DNA of 61,657 nucleotides from Candidatus Sericytochromatia bacterium (GCA_035285865.1 JAYKHS010000002.1:1-61657); one strand, 5' to 3'; numbered from the stretch's first letter, positions 1-9,624 are shown. Notes: generated by a model not told the origin, from the letters alone. Made by a program: numbers and translations.

Positions 1-41
1 TCGAACTGGCGCCAGTGGCGCGCCGGCATGCCGAGGGCCAC
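1..41 (-). CDS. 5' end of a gene running off the window, possibly rod-shape protein RodA
   Basis: GTG at 41 (or ATG at 29), 10 bp downstream of minE, reads (M)ALGMPARHWRQF(D/E). The W-x-x-x-D start and the position after mreBCD-mrdA-minCDE fit rodA, but only about 13 codons are visible. Confidence 0.35.
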   Translation of the reverse strand, partial: MALGMPARHWRQF

Positions 42-51
42 GGCAGCCCCG

Positions 52-546
52 TCAGGTCAGGGCTGCTTCGCCGGCAGGGCTGGCAAGCGACGCGTCATCG
101 GCAGCCGCCTCGGCAGCGCCGTTGGCAAGCGTTGCCGCCGCCTCGTCACCTGCCGCCGGCAAGCCCGAATCCTGACCGCTTGCTGCAACCTCGGCTTCCG
201 CCGCGGCCACGGGCTCGGCAGCAGCCTCGACAACCGCTTCGGCGGCTGCGGCGACTTCCGCCTCGGCCTGCGCCAGAAGCTGCGAAGCATCCTCACGGAC
301 ACGGACGATGGGCACGCTCGCCAGCAGAGCCACGGAGCCCTCGCTGCGATCAAAGTTGAGCTCGAGAGCGCCCTGATCGATCTCGACGTAGCGCTGCAGG
401 ACAGACAGGACCTCCGTCCGGATACGCTCGAGCACGGCGGGCGGAATGACGGAACGATCCTGCAGCAGGACAAGCTTCAGGCGATTCTTGGCCGTGTCCC
501 TGCTTGCTTCGGATCGGCTCAGAAAGCGATCGAGAAATCCGAACAT
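52..546 (-). CDS. minE: Cell division topological specificity factor MinE with a long Ala/Glu-rich C-terminal extension
   Basis: SRDTAKNRLKLVLLQDR...IRTEVLSVLQRYVEID MinE signature; directly downstream of minD. Confidence 0.93.
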   Translation of the reverse strand: MFGFLDRFLSRSEASRDTAKNRLKLVLLQDRSVIPPAVLERIRTEVLSVLQRYVEIDQGALELNFDRSEGSVALLASVPIVRVREDASQLLAQAEAEVAAAAEAVVEAAAEPVAAAEAEVAASGQDSGLPAAGDEAAATLANGAAEAAADDASLASPAGEAALT

Positions 547-563
547 CGCAATGATCCTCCCTG

Positions 564-1367
564 TTACCGAACGCCCGTCAGGAAGCGACGGATGCGACCC
601 ATCAAGCCACCCTCGTCGAACTGCAGGAACGGCACGTCCTCGCCCCGCAGGCGCCGGGCAATGTTGCGATAGGCCTGACCCGACTTGGCCGCTTCGTGCA
701 GCGACACGGGCTCGCCCCGATTGGACGAATTGATGATGGCCTCGTCGTCGGGCACGATGCCCAGCAACTTGATGTTGAGAATTTCCTGGACGTCCTCGAC
801 CGACATCATCGTCTCGTTCTTGACCAGGTGGGGACGCAGGCGGTTGACGATGAGCGACGGGTTGCGCAGCTCGGCCGCCTCAAGCAGGCCCACGATTCGG
901 TCGGCATCCCGGACGGCCGAAACCTCGGGATTGGTCACGATGACCGCCTCGGTAGCCCCTGCGGTCGCGTTGCGGAAGCCCTGCTCGATGCCCGCCGGAC
1001 AGTCGATGAGAATGAAGCCGAAGCCATCCGACTGCAGGTCGGCGATGAGCTCCTTCATCTGCTCGGGCGTGACGGCCGACTTGTCGCGAGTCTGGGCCGC
1101 GGGCAGCAAGACCAGATTGGGCATGCGCTTGTCCTTGATCAGCGCCTGACGAAGCTTGCAACGCTTCTCGACCACATCGACGATGTCGTAGACGATGCGG
1201 TTCTCGAGGCCAAGGATGAGATCCAGATTGCGCAGACCGATGTCCGCGTCGATCAGAGCGACCTTCTCGCCCATCGTCGCCAGCGCCATGCCCAGGTTGG
1301 CGGTGGTCGTGGTCTTGCCCACGCCGCCCTTGCCCGAGGTCACGACGATCACACGTCCCGTGGCCAT
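564..1367 (-). CDS. minD: Septum site-determining ATPase MinD
   Basis: Deviant Walker A SGKGGVGKTT, DADIGLRNLD, DCPAGIE, and a C-terminal amphipathic helix LMGRIRRFL. Confidence 0.98.
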   Translation of the reverse strand: MATGRVIVVTSGKGGVGKTTTTANLGMALATMGEKVALIDADIGLRNLDLILGLENRIVYDIVDVVEKRCKLRQALIKDKRMPNLVLLPAAQTRDKSAVTPEQMKELIADLQSDGFGFILIDCPAGIEQGFRNATAGATEAVIVTNPEVSAVRDADRIVGLLEAAELRNPSLIVNRLRPHLVKNETMMSVEDVQEILNIKLLGIVPDDEAIINSSNRGEPVSLHEAAKSGQAYRNIARRLRGEDVPFLQFDEGGLMGRIRRFLTGVR

Positions 1368-1406
1368 CCTGCACGCCTCCAGAAACGGCGGTATCCCGCC
1401 GGAACA

Positions 1407-1424
1407 AACATGGCCATGTTAGCA
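1407..1424 (-). promoter_or_regulatory. Candidate extended -10 promoter (TGCTAACAT) for minDE overlapping a perfect 14-bp palindrome AACATGGCCATGTT
   Basis: Seen in the minC-minD intergenic region; a GGAGG RBS lies just before the minD ATG. Confidence 0.4.
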
Positions 1425-1455
1425 GCAACGGCGCCCCGGCGGGGCGCAGCAGGCG

Positions 1456-2313
1456 CTACATCGCGACGATGTGGATTTCCTGGCCGCGCACCTCGGCCCG
1501 CTCGGGATGCTTGGACAGCGGCGGCTGTCCGCCGTCGGGCGCCCGCGCGATGAGGTCGGCGATGCGCAACTGCGTCGGCCGGAGGTTCAGCGCCACGATC
1601 ACGGCACCGCGCTCCCCGGCGGCACCGGCGTGGGCCATGCCCCGCAGCGTCCCGAAGACCATGATGTCGCCACCCGCGCGCAGTTCGGCGCCCGCATTGA
1701 CATCGCCCATGATGATGAGGTGGCCCTCGGCCTCCATGATCTGGCCAGAACGCACCGTGCCCTTGACATACTTGGGGGCAGGCGGAGGCGGCGGGGGTGC
1801 GGGCTCGGGGCGGACCACGGCCGGCTCGAGGTCCGCGAGCGCCTCGATTCCTGCGGCAGCCACGGCCTCCCGCACCTCGGGCAGAGCTGCGGCCACGGCA
1901 ACGACCGACAGGCCGTACCGGTCCTCGAGTTGGGCCGGCAGGGCACCAAGCCCGTCCGGACAGGTCGCGCGCTCGCCCAAGTCGAGCGTGCACGTCGCGC
2001 CGGCCCAGAAATCGCGCACGGCATCGAGTTTGTCATGCAGCGCGTCGAGGACCTCCTCCCACGGAGCCACGGCGTCCAGATGCAGCAGGAGTCCCCCGCG
2101 CCAGCCCTTCAGCCGCAGCAGGGACGTGGCCTGCTCGGCCGCAGCGACGACCTCGGCAACTTCGGACGTGCCGACCTCGACGGCACCGACACCGGACGCG
2201 GTGGACTCCGAGTTGGCGGCAGGCTCGGGCAGGGCCGGCGTCGCGACCGTCTGCTTCTCGGGTTCGTGTTCGACCGTCACGGCCTGTGGAGCCTTCCGCT
2301 GGCGCTTCATCAT
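1456..2313 (-). CDS. minC: Septum site-determining protein MinC
   Basis: C-terminal beta-helix motifs GTVRSGQ, GDVNAGAEL, GTLRGMAHAG, PTQLRIAD; operon context. Confidence 0.95.
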   Translation of the reverse strand: MMKRQRKAPQAVTVEHEPEKQTVATPALPEPAANSESTASGVGAVEVGTSEVAEVVAAAEQATSLLRLKGWRGGLLLHLDAVAPWEEVLDALHDKLDAVRDFWAGATCTLDLGERATCPDGLGALPAQLEDRYGLSVVAVAAALPEVREAVAAAGIEALADLEPAVVRPEPAPPPPPPAPKYVKGTVRSGQIMEAEGHLIIMGDVNAGAELRAGGDIMVFGTLRGMAHAGAAGERGAVIVALNLRPTQLRIADLIARAPDGGQPPLSKHPERAEVRGQEIHIVAM

Positions 2314-2319
2314 GGCTTC

Positions 2320-2325
2320 ATTCTA
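2320..2325 (-). promoter_or_regulatory. -10 box TAGAAT 6 nt upstream of the minC ATG (leaderless-type promoter) built on the mrdA stop codon
   Basis: Minus strand reads ggTAGAATgaagccATG; no Shine-Dalgarno; the same geometry recurs at maf and the flippase. Confidence 0.55.
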
Positions 2326-4236
2326 CCGTGCTGGACCGCCAAGCTGAGGCGGCGGAGGGGGAGGGGGCGGAACTTCGGGGGCAGCTGTCCGGGAGTCGGG
2401 GCGGCTGACCGCGCCACCGGCTCCGCTCCGGGCCGTACCCGAGACCGCGGCCGCAACGGACGCGGAGGCCGGAATCGATGCCGTCGCGGAACCCGAGGCC
2501 ACGGGGTCCACGGGCAGGCCATGGAACTGACGGAACAGCTTGCCCGCGATGGGTGCCGAGATCGAACCGCCGTGCCCCGCCTTCTCCGCGAAGACCACCA
2601 CCACGAGCCTCGGCCGGTCCGCCGGCGTGTACCCCACGAACCACGAGTGGGTTTTCTGGCCCTTCACGGCTTCGGCCGAGCCCGTCTTGCCGGCGCTGGT
2701 CTGGCCCGGAATGAAGGCGGCGGCTCCGGTCCCGGCCTCGACCACGCGGCGCAGGCTGTGGCGCAGGTACTGCCACGTCTCGGGCTTCCACGGCAGCACC
2801 TGCCCGGGATCCTCGAGCTCTTCTGGCGCAGCAGGACGCAGCAGCTTGGGGCGTACCACGCGACCGCCGTTGGCCACGGTGGACAGCATGACCGCAAGCT
2901 GCAGCGGCGTCGTCGTGACGAACCCCTGCCCGATGCTCATGTTCACGGAGTCGCCCTTGCTCCAGCGCTGGCCATAGACCGCGCGTTTCCACGCACCGTC
3001 CGGAACGTTGCCGTTGACCTCGCCGGGCAGCAGGATGCCGGTGCGCTGCCCCAAGCCCATCTGGCGGGCCCGCGCGGCCATCCTGTCCACGCCCAGCTTC
3101 AGGCCCAGCTCGTAATAGACCGTATCGATCGAGTGGATCATCGCGTCCGTGAAACTGACGTCCCCGAATCCTCCGGCCTTCCAGTCCCGGAAGACACGGT
3201 TGCCCAGCACGAACTCGCCCGAGCTCCAGAAGCGGGTCGAGGCCTTGACGAGACCGGCCTCGAGCGCGGCCACGGACGTCACGATCTTGAAGGTGCTGCC
3301 GGGGGGATAGGCCGAGGAGATGGCCCGGTTCAGCAGCGGCCGCGTCGGGGCGTTGACGGCCTTCCAGTCCTCTGGACGCAGGCGCCCGGCGAAGATGTTC
3401 GGATTGAAGGCGGGAGCACTCGCCAGGGCCAGAATCTCGCCGTTGCGAGGGTCCATGCAGACAATCGCCCCCAGCTTGCCGCGCAGCTCACGCTCGGCCA
3501 GGGCCTGAAGGTTGCCATCGAGCGCCAGCGTGACGTCCTTGCCTGGAATCGGGCTGACCTCGGCAAGCGTGCGGATGGCCCGCCCGCGCGCATCCACCTC
3601 GACCTGCTGCTTGCCCGGCTCGCCGCGGAGCGTTCCGTCGAAGACCCGCTCGAGACCGGTCTTGCCGATAATGTCTCCTTGGCGATAGCCCTCGCCGAGG
3701 GACTCGAGTTCCCGGTCCGTCACTTCACCCGTGTGACCCAGGAGATGGGCGGCCATCTGACCGCGTGGATAGTGGCGAACCGTGATGGGATCGATCGATA
3801 CGCCGGGCAGGCGCGCCTGATTCTCGGCCACGATCGCCATCGTGCGGTCGTCGACGTCGGTCTTGACCCGGACCGGTAGGCTCACGGCCCGACGCCACTT
3901 CTGGCGGATTTCGTCGGCGGGCACGCCCAGCAGACGACCGAGGCGACGAATGACCTCCTCGGTGGTCTGGCGCGTCAGCTTGATGGGATAAAGCGTCACC
4001 GAGTAGGACAGTCTGTTGGTCGCGAGGACCTCGCCGTTGCGATCGCGCACGAGTCCCCGGGGGGCAGGTTCAAGAATCACCCGCAGGCGGTTGCCTTCGG
4101 CCCGCTCGCGGAAGTCGGCTCCGCCCACGATCTGAAGCTGGCCAAGCCGCCCCAGAATCGCCAGCCAACCCAACGCAAGTGCCCCGCCCAACATCAACGT
4201 CCGGGCACGACCGGGAGTCTGGCCGGCATCCATCAT
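2323..4236 (-). CDS. mrdA: Penicillin-binding protein 2 (class B transpeptidase)
   Basis: PGSTFK (SxxK), SID (SxD), KTGS motifs and an N-terminal TM anchor. Start moved from 4377 to the ATG at 4236, which forms an ATGA overlap with the mreD stop. Confidence 0.95.
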   Translation of the reverse strand: MMDAGQTPGRARTLMLGGALALGWLAILGRLGQLQIVGGADFRERAEGNRLRVILEPAPRGLVRDRNGEVLATNRLSYSVTLYPIKLTRQTTEEVIRRLGRLLGVPADEIRQKWRRAVSLPVRVKTDVDDRTMAIVAENQARLPGVSIDPITVRHYPRGQMAAHLLGHTGEVTDRELESLGEGYRQGDIIGKTGLERVFDGTLRGEPGKQQVEVDARGRAIRTLAEVSPIPGKDVTLALDGNLQALAERELRGKLGAIVCMDPRNGEILALASAPAFNPNIFAGRLRPEDWKAVNAPTRPLLNRAISSAYPPGSTFKIVTSVAALEAGLVKASTRFWSSGEFVLGNRVFRDWKAGGFGDVSFTDAMIHSIDTVYYELGLKLGVDRMAARARQMGLGQRTGILLPGEVNGNVPDGAWKRAVYGQRWSKGDSVNMSIGQGFVTTTPLQLAVMLSTVANGGRVVRPKLLRPAAPEELEDPGQVLPWKPETWQYLRHSLRRVVEAGTGAAAFIPGQTSAGKTGSAEAVKGQKTHSWFVGYTPADRPRLVVVVFAEKAGHGGSISAPIAGKLFRQFHGLPVDPVASGSATASIPASASVAAAVSGTARSGAGGAVSRPDSRTAAPEVPPPPPPPPQLGGPAR

Positions 4237-4769
4237 CCCCGGCGACCACCCAACGTCCAATTGCCGGCCGGGGCCCACAGACGCCGCACGACGAGGAAAA
4301 TCGGCACGGCGACCAACAGGTCTGCGGCGATTCGCCACGGCCACAAGGCCGCCCAGCGCGTCCACGCACCGAGCCACGCCACCACGACGAGGTCCTGCAC
4401 CATGGACGCCAGCAAGAGGAGGGGCAAGATGACCAACGGCTGCTGGACGTTCAGCAACGGGCGCGCGAGACCCGCCACCACGCCCAGAAGGGCCCGGACC
4501 AAGGTATAGCGGAACGACTGACCCACGAGCATGTCCTGGACGAGCCCGGCGAGCACCCCGTAGGCGAAGCCCTCACGCGGCCCGGCCACGAGGCCCCAGG
4601 ACACGGCGAGCGCCAGCGTCAGGTCGACCCGGACACCGCCCCAGACCGCGAGGTCCGAGGCCTGCAGGATACCGAAGACCACCAACAGCCCGATGCCTGT
4701 CATCCAGGCCCACGGACCGCCTTCCCGCACCAGTGGGTCGCGGGTTGCGGACGGGCCCCTGGCACCCAT
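4233..4769 (-). CDS. mreD: Rod shape-determining membrane protein MreD
   Basis: Hydrophobic 178-aa protein with DL...GF..G..AGLVQD pattern, between mreC and mrdA with coupled start/stop codons. Confidence 0.85.
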   Translation of the reverse strand: MGARGPSATRDPLVREGGPWAWMTGIGLLVVFGILQASDLAVWGGVRVDLTLALAVSWGLVAGPREGFAYGVLAGLVQDMLVGQSFRYTLVRALLGVVAGLARPLLNVQQPLVILPLLLLASMVQDLVVVAWLGAWTRWAALWPWRIAADLLVAVPIFLVVRRLWAPAGNWTLGGRRG

Positions 4770-5578
4770 CAGATGGGCCCCGCGAGGGGATCGAGAACCA
4801 GAACCTCCTCGATCTCGTCGAGCGGCACTTCCGGCACGACCTGCACCTGAGGCACGATCGCATTCGGCTGGCGAATCACGCGGGCCACCCGCCCCAAGGG
4901 CAGACCCTTGGGATAAACGCCCCCGTAACCGCTTGTCAGCAGCAGATCTCCCATGCGGAAGTCGACCTGCTGCTGCATGTAGCGAAGTTCAAGCACTTGC
5001 TCGCCCGTACCGACCAGAATCGCCGCCGAACGGGACCGTTGGTCGAGGCAGCCGACCTGATTGCCGGGATCGGTCACGAGCGAGACCTCGCTGCTGCCGG
5101 GCCCAACGGCCATGATGCGTCCCACCACGCCGCCCGAAGCCAAGACGATCGCGTCGAGCGCCACGCCGTCTCGAGCCCCGCGGTCGAGAAAGACCCGCGC
5201 ATGCCAGTTGTCCGGCGAACGACCGATGACCCGGGCAGCACGGCCACCGCCCTGTGTCTGGCTCTGAAGGCTGAGCAGCCGCCGCAGGCGCTCCAGCTCG
5301 TGGTCCACGTCGGCAAGGCGAGCCAGTTTGGATCGCAACCGGATGTTCTCGACAGACAGCGAGGCGTTCTCCGTTCGCAGGGCTTCCAGGTCACGGACGA
5401 AGCCGGCCCCTCCGCGGACGCTGGCAGCCACGGACGACGCGCCGGACAGCAGGGGTTTGAAGGCTTCCGGCAAGATCGTGCTGCGTCCACCGGCCCAGCT
5501 CGTCAGGCCAGCACCCAGCAGCAGGCCCGCGAAGAGCAGGACCTCGAGCCAGGGGAGGCGACGGAGGAAGGTGAACAA
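4769..5578 (-). CDS. mreC: Rod shape-determining protein MreC
   Basis: Coiled coil LRTENASL..ENIRLR, ARVIGRSP, GDLLLTSGYGGVYPKGLPLG; TTG start. Confidence 0.93.
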   Translation of the reverse strand: MFTFLRRLPWLEVLLFAGLLLGAGLTSWAGGRSTILPEAFKPLLSGASSVAASVRGGAGFVRDLEALRTENASLSVENIRLRSKLARLADVDHELERLRRLLSLQSQTQGGGRAARVIGRSPDNWHARVFLDRGARDGVALDAIVLASGGVVGRIMAVGPGSSEVSLVTDPGNQVGCLDQRSRSAAILVGTGEQVLELRYMQQQVDFRMGDLLLTSGYGGVYPKGLPLGRVARVIRQPNAIVPQVQVVPEVPLDEIEEVLVLDPLAGPI

Positions 5579-5609
5579 GGTCGGGGGAAAGCCGGTGAGA
5601 CCCGAGCGG

Positions 5610-6638
5610 TCAGGCTGTGCCGACGACGCGCTTCAGCTTCGGGAATTGCTCGAGGACCCGGCCCGTACCCATCACGACACAGGAAAGCGGATCGTCCGCG
5701 ATGTGGACAGGCATCTCGGTACGGCTGCTGATGAGTTGGTCGAGCCCCTGCAGCAGGGCCCCGCCGCCCGCCAACACGATGCCCCGGTCGATGATGTCGG
5801 CGGCAAGTTCGGGCGGAGTCTTCTCGAGCGTGAAGCGCACGGCGTCCACGATGGCCGAGACCGGCTCCTGGATGGCCTCGCGGACCTCCGAGGTCGTGAT
5901 GGTGACGGTGCGGGGCAGGCCCGTCAGGTTGTAGAGGCCACGGACCTCCATCTCCTGATCCTCACCGGTCGGATAGGCCGAGCCAAGGCGAATCTTGATC
6001 TCCTCCGCGGTGCGTTCGCCGATGGACAGGTTGTGGACCTTGCGCAGGTAGGTCGCGATCGAGTCCGTCAGCTCGTCACCCGCGACGCGCACGGACTTCG
6101 AAACGACGATGCCGCCCAGCGAGATGACGGCCACCTCGGTGGTGCCACCGCCGATGTCGACGATCATCGACCCCGTGGGCTCCTCGACGGGCAGGCCGGC
6201 TCCGATGGCCGCCGCCATCGGCTCCTCGATGAGATACACCTCACGCGCACCGGCCTGATAGGCCGCGTCCTGGACGGCGCGGCGCTCGACGCCCGTGACA
6301 CCGGATGGAATGCCGATGACCATTCTGGGGCGGGAGAAGGCCTGTCGGTCGGAGGCCTTGCGGATGAAGTGCTTGAGCATGGTCTCAGCAGCGTCGAAGT
6401 CGGCGATGACACCGTCCATCAACGGCCGGATCGGGACGATGTTGCCGGGGGTACGGCCCAGCATCTGCTTGGCCTCCTCGCCGACCGCATGGACGACGTT
6501 GCGCTGATTGTGCGAGATCGTGACCACGCTGGGCTCGCGCAGGACGATGCCCCGGCCCCGGACGAACACCAAGGTGTTGGCCGTGCCCAGATCGATGCCC
6601 ATGTCACGGCTGAAACGGCTGAAAAGCTGGTTGAACAA
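5610..6638 (-). CDS. mreB: Actin-like rod shape protein MreB
   Basis: [36 protein letters not shown]. Likely TTG start at 6638 after AGGAA (ORF track starts at 6677). Confidence 0.98.
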   Translation of the reverse strand: MFNQLFSRFSRDMGIDLGTANTLVFVRGRGIVLREPSVVTISHNQRNVVHAVGEEAKQMLGRTPGNIVPIRPLMDGVIADFDAAETMLKHFIRKASDRQAFSRPRMVIGIPSGVTGVERRAVQDAAYQAGAREVYLIEEPMAAAIGAGLPVEEPTGSMIVDIGGGTTEVAVISLGGIVVSKSVRVAGDELTDSIATYLRKVHNLSIGERTAEEIKIRLGSAYPTGEDQEMEVRGLYNLTGLPRTVTITTSEVREAIQEPVSAIVDAVRFTLEKTPPELAADIIDRGIVLAGGGALLQGLDQLISSRTEMPVHIADDPLSCVVMGTGRVLEQFPKLKRVVGTA

Positions 6639-6686
6639 GGTCGGTTCCTGACAGGAGGGGGCTTCGGGACGGCACACCGCCCCCCC

Positions 6687-7250
6687 TCAGAGCGGTCTCC
6701 CCAGACGTTGAAGCATAAGGCCCAGCCGTCCCAGGGGCAAGCCGACGACATTCGTGTGGTCCCCGCGAATACCCTCGACGAACAGCACGCCGCGCCCCTG
6801 AAGGCCGTAGGCTCCGGCCTTGTCCAGCGGCTCTCCCGTGGCGACATAGGCCTCGATCTCGGCCCGGGACAAGGGGCGGAAATGCACCTCGGTCGACTCG
6901 ACCTCGGCCTCCACACCCCCGGGATGGACCACGGCCACGCCCGTGACGACGACGTGCGCCCGGCCGGACATCATCTCGAGCATGCGCACGGCCTCGTCGG
7001 CATCGGCGGGCTTGCCGAGGATGCGATCCCCGAGGCATACCAGCGTGTCCGCCGCGATGATCCAACCGCCCGGATGCCGGGTCGCCACCTCGGCAGCCTT
7101 GGCCCGCGCCAGCCGCTCGGCCGCGAGGGACCCCGGCTCCAGGGGGTGGAGCGTCTCGTCGACGTCACGCGGCATGTCGACGGTGAAGGGCACGCCGATC
7201 TGGTGCAGCAGCGCCTGCCGACGCGGCGAGGATGAAGCAAGGACCCACAT
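6687..7250 (-). CDS. maf: Maf family nucleotide pyrophosphatase
   Basis: LASSSPRR, ADTLV, ILGKP, DKAGAYG, NVVGLP motifs; usual position upstream of mreB. Confidence 0.95.
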   Translation of the reverse strand: MWVLASSSPRRQALLHQIGVPFTVDMPRDVDETLHPLEPGSLAAERLARAKAAEVATRHPGGWIIAADTLVCLGDRILGKPADADEAVRMLEMMSGRAHVVVTGVAVVHPGGVEAEVESTEVHFRPLSRAEIEAYVATGEPLDKAGAYGLQGRGVLFVEGIRGDHTNVVGLPLGRLGLMLQRLGRPL

Positions 7251-7256
7251 ACCCCC

Positions 7257-7266
7257 ATGCTACGCT
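7257..7266. promoter_or_regulatory. Overlapping divergent -10 boxes: TAGCAT (minus, 6 nt before the maf ATG) and TACGCT (plus, 8 nt before the regulator ATG)
   Basis: Only 24 bp separate the two divergent start codons (7250 and 7275) and no SD is present, so both look leaderless. Confidence 0.45.
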
Positions 7267-7274
7267 GCGAAGCG

Positions 7275-7862
7275 ATGAACGACGACTCGAGGCTGCCTGC
7301 TGACGAGACGGACCCCGCCCTGCAGGCGGGGCAGGCCATCGGCTCCCTCATGGAGCTGTGGGGCTTCAAGCGGGTCCACGGCGTGATGTGGACCGTCCTG
7401 TACCTTGCGGATGCCCCGCTCGACGCCCAGGAAATCCGGGCACGGATGAGCATCAGCAGCGGGCTCGTCAGCATGACGCTGCACGAACTCATCCGCTGGG
7501 GCGTCATCACCCGGACCACGCAGCCGGGCACCCGGCGTGAACACTACAGGGCCGAGCCCGACATTTGGCGTGCCGTCGCCAAGGTCCTCCGGGAAAGGGA
7601 ACTTTTCTGCCTGCAGATGGCTCTGGACGACCTCCGCGACGCTCGGGGCCTGCTCGCTGCCGGGGGTACGGACGAATCCGGCCGCCGGGCGCTGGAACGG
7701 CTCGACGAGCTCGTTTCTCTGGGCGAGGTCGGGGCCGACCTCCTCGACAGGTTCCTGGATCTGGGCACGCTCGACATCAGCCGGCTGCGCCAGATCCAGC
7801 TGGGCATGGGCTTCACCCGCATCCTCAGGCGGAAGGGGCAGCCTCCGGCTTCCGGCCGCTGA
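7275..7862 (+). CDS. GbsR/MarR-family winged-helix transcriptional regulator
   Basis: WGFKRVHG..W..LYL...PL...EI....ISSGLVSMTL.EL..WG...R.EHY pattern of GbsR-type regulators. Start 7275 preferred over 7257. The 3' end overlaps menG convergently by 38 bp. Confidence 0.85.
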   Translation: MNDDSRLPADETDPALQAGQAIGSLMELWGFKRVHGVMWTVLYLADAPLDAQEIRARMSISSGLVSMTLHELIRWGVITRTTQPGTRREHYRAEPDIWRAVAKVLRERELFCLQMALDDLRDARGLLAAGGTDESGRRALERLDELVSLGEVGADLLDRFLDLGTLDISRLRQIQLGMGFTRILRRKGQPPASGR

Positions 7863-8565
7863 CAAGGGCCACGGCACCAAGGCCGAAGTCCTCGACGGTC
7901 ACGTCGACGAAGCCGACGGCCGAGAGCCGCGCAGCCAGCTCACGCTGATCAGGGAAGTGGCGGTTCGAGCGCGGCAGGTAGGCGTAGGCCTCGCGATCCC
8001 CGCCGGCGAGCCACGCCAGCCAAGGGGCAACCTTCACGGCGTGCACCCCGGTCAGCCACCGCAGGATGGCCGTCCGCGGCTTGCCGAGATCGAGCGAGGC
8101 GAAACGCCCGCCCGTGCCAAGCACCCGGAATGCCTCGGCGAGGGTCGCGTCGAGATCCTGCACGTTGCGCAGCCCGAAGCCCACGGAGACGGCGCGGAAG
8201 CTGCCCTCGGCCCACGAGAGGGACGTCGCGTCCCCCAGCACCCAATGCACGGGTGCACCGTTCCCGACCTTGCGTGTCCGGGCCACGTCCAGCATCCGGT
8301 CGGAGAAGTCGAGGCCGACCACCTGCCCGGCGGAACCCGCGACGGCAGCCGCCAGCAGCGCGAGGTCCCCCGTGCCCGAGCAAAGGTCCAGGACCCGGTC
8401 CCCTGGCCGGATGCCCAGCACCTTCACCAGACGACGCTTCCACAGGCGATGCATCCCGCCGGTCATCAGGTCGTTGATGCGGTCGTACCGGGCGGCAATG
8501 CCGTCGAACATCCGCGAGACACCCTCGGGTGCACGGGACTCGGCCAGATCGGGGACGACGCTCAT
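7825..8565 (-). CDS. menG: Demethylmenaquinone methyltransferase (UbiE/MenG)
   Basis: MFDGIAARYDRIND, VLDLCSGTGD SAM motif, GFGLRNV, AYAYL; ATGA overlap with the upstream gene at 8562-8565. Confidence 0.93.
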   Translation of the reverse strand: MSVVPDLAESRAPEGVSRMFDGIAARYDRINDLMTGGMHRLWKRRLVKVLGIRPGDRVLDLCSGTGDLALLAAAVAGSAGQVVGLDFSDRMLDVARTRKVGNGAPVHWVLGDATSLSWAEGSFRAVSVGFGLRNVQDLDATLAEAFRVLGTGGRFASLDLGKPRTAILRWLTGVHAVKVAPWLAWLAGGDREAYAYLPRSNRHFPDQRELAARLSAVGFVDVTVEDFGLGAVALVSGRKPEAAPSA

Positions 8566-9521
8566 GCCGCCAACGCCCGACAAGCCCGCTCGGCGCGCTG
8601 GCCCAGATCGGCAACCAGACGAACCAGGGCATCACGCGCCGCACCGTCAGGCAGGCGATGCAGCGCCTGGTGGACACCTTCGGCCTCCACGGCCAGCGCA
8701 CCTTCGATGCGGGCCATGACCCTGGGGTGCACCAAGGCCGGCAGGATGTCTGCCATGCCCGGGAACTGCCCGGCCTCGAGCCTGCGACGGATCGGCGCAC
8801 CCAGCACCTCGTCCTCGATCACGGCCAGCGCCGGCAAGGTCAGCAGTCCGTCGGCCAGATCCCGCCCGACGGGCTTGGCCACGCTCTCGGCCGTGGCTCC
8901 GTAATCCAGAACGTCGTCCACCATCTGGAAGAGCCGGCCCAGATGGAAGCCCAGGCGTCTGCAGGCAGCCGTCACCTCGGCCGGCGCACCTGCCAGGATG
9001 GCCGCCCCCTCGCACGCCAGCTCGAAGGGACCCGAGGTCTTCAGACGAATCCGCTCGAGGTAGGCGTCACGGTCGACGCGGGTGTCCCAGCGCTGATCAT
9101 CTTGGACCAGCTCGCCCTCGCACAGGTCGCCCAGCACCTCGGCCAGGCGCACCGTCAGGATCGGCAACCCGAGTCCGGCCATGGCACGTGCGGCGCGGCT
9201 GATGACGAGGTCACCCGCCAGCACCGCGACCTTCTGGTCCCAGCGAACGTGCACGGAGGGCTTGCCCCGGCGGGTGTCCGCCTCGTCCAGCAGGTCGTCA
9301 TGGATGAGCGAGCCGAGGTGGACCCACTCGACGGCATCGGCCAGGGTCTCGAGCGAACCCGCAAGCGCTGCCCCGGCCCCCAGGGCATCACCCACCAGCC
9401 GGACGCACTGGCGTCGGACGGCCTTGCCCTCGCCCTCGAGATGCGCCGCGGCCGACCGAAGGCGTTCGGGACCGCCCGAGACGATACCGTCGACATCCGG
9501 GCGATAACGGTCCGCGTCCAT
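8562..9521 (-). CDS. Long-chain polyprenyl diphosphate synthase
   Basis: GKAVR, first Asp-rich motif LIHDDLLD..RRG, KT, second motif FQMVDDVLD; start at ATG 9521 after GAGGAG. Confidence 0.93.
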   Translation of the reverse strand: MDADRYRPDVDGIVSGGPERLRSAAAHLEGEGKAVRRQCVRLVGDALGAGAALAGSLETLADAVEWVHLGSLIHDDLLDEADTRRGKPSVHVRWDQKVAVLAGDLVISRAARAMAGLGLPILTVRLAEVLGDLCEGELVQDDQRWDTRVDRDAYLERIRLKTSGPFELACEGAAILAGAPAEVTAACRRLGFHLGRLFQMVDDVLDYGATAESVAKPVGRDLADGLLTLPALAVIEDEVLGAPIRRRLEAGQFPGMADILPALVHPRVMARIEGALAVEAEGVHQALHRLPDGAARDALVRLVADLGQRAERACRALAA

Positions 9522-9545
9522 CCGCTCCTCCGGGACTACCAGTAT

Positions 9546-9563
9546 TTTCAAGAAATCTTGAAA
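9546..9563. promoter_or_regulatory. Perfect inverted repeat TTTCAAGA-AA-TCTTGAAA, candidate operator between the divergent men transcription units
   Basis: 8-bp arms with a 2-nt spacer in an AT-rich island of the divergent intergenic region; a GbsR-type regulator gene is adjacent. Confidence 0.65.
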
Positions 9564-9624
9564 CCTTTGAAGATAGTGGTAACATCCTAGCAGATTCCCT
9601 TCCCCCGTGGAAAGGCCCCGCACG

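Noticed and set aside
1471..7235. Long plus-strand ORFs (802, 332 and 635 aa)
   Set aside because: Shadows of minC, mrdA, mreC, mreB and maf.
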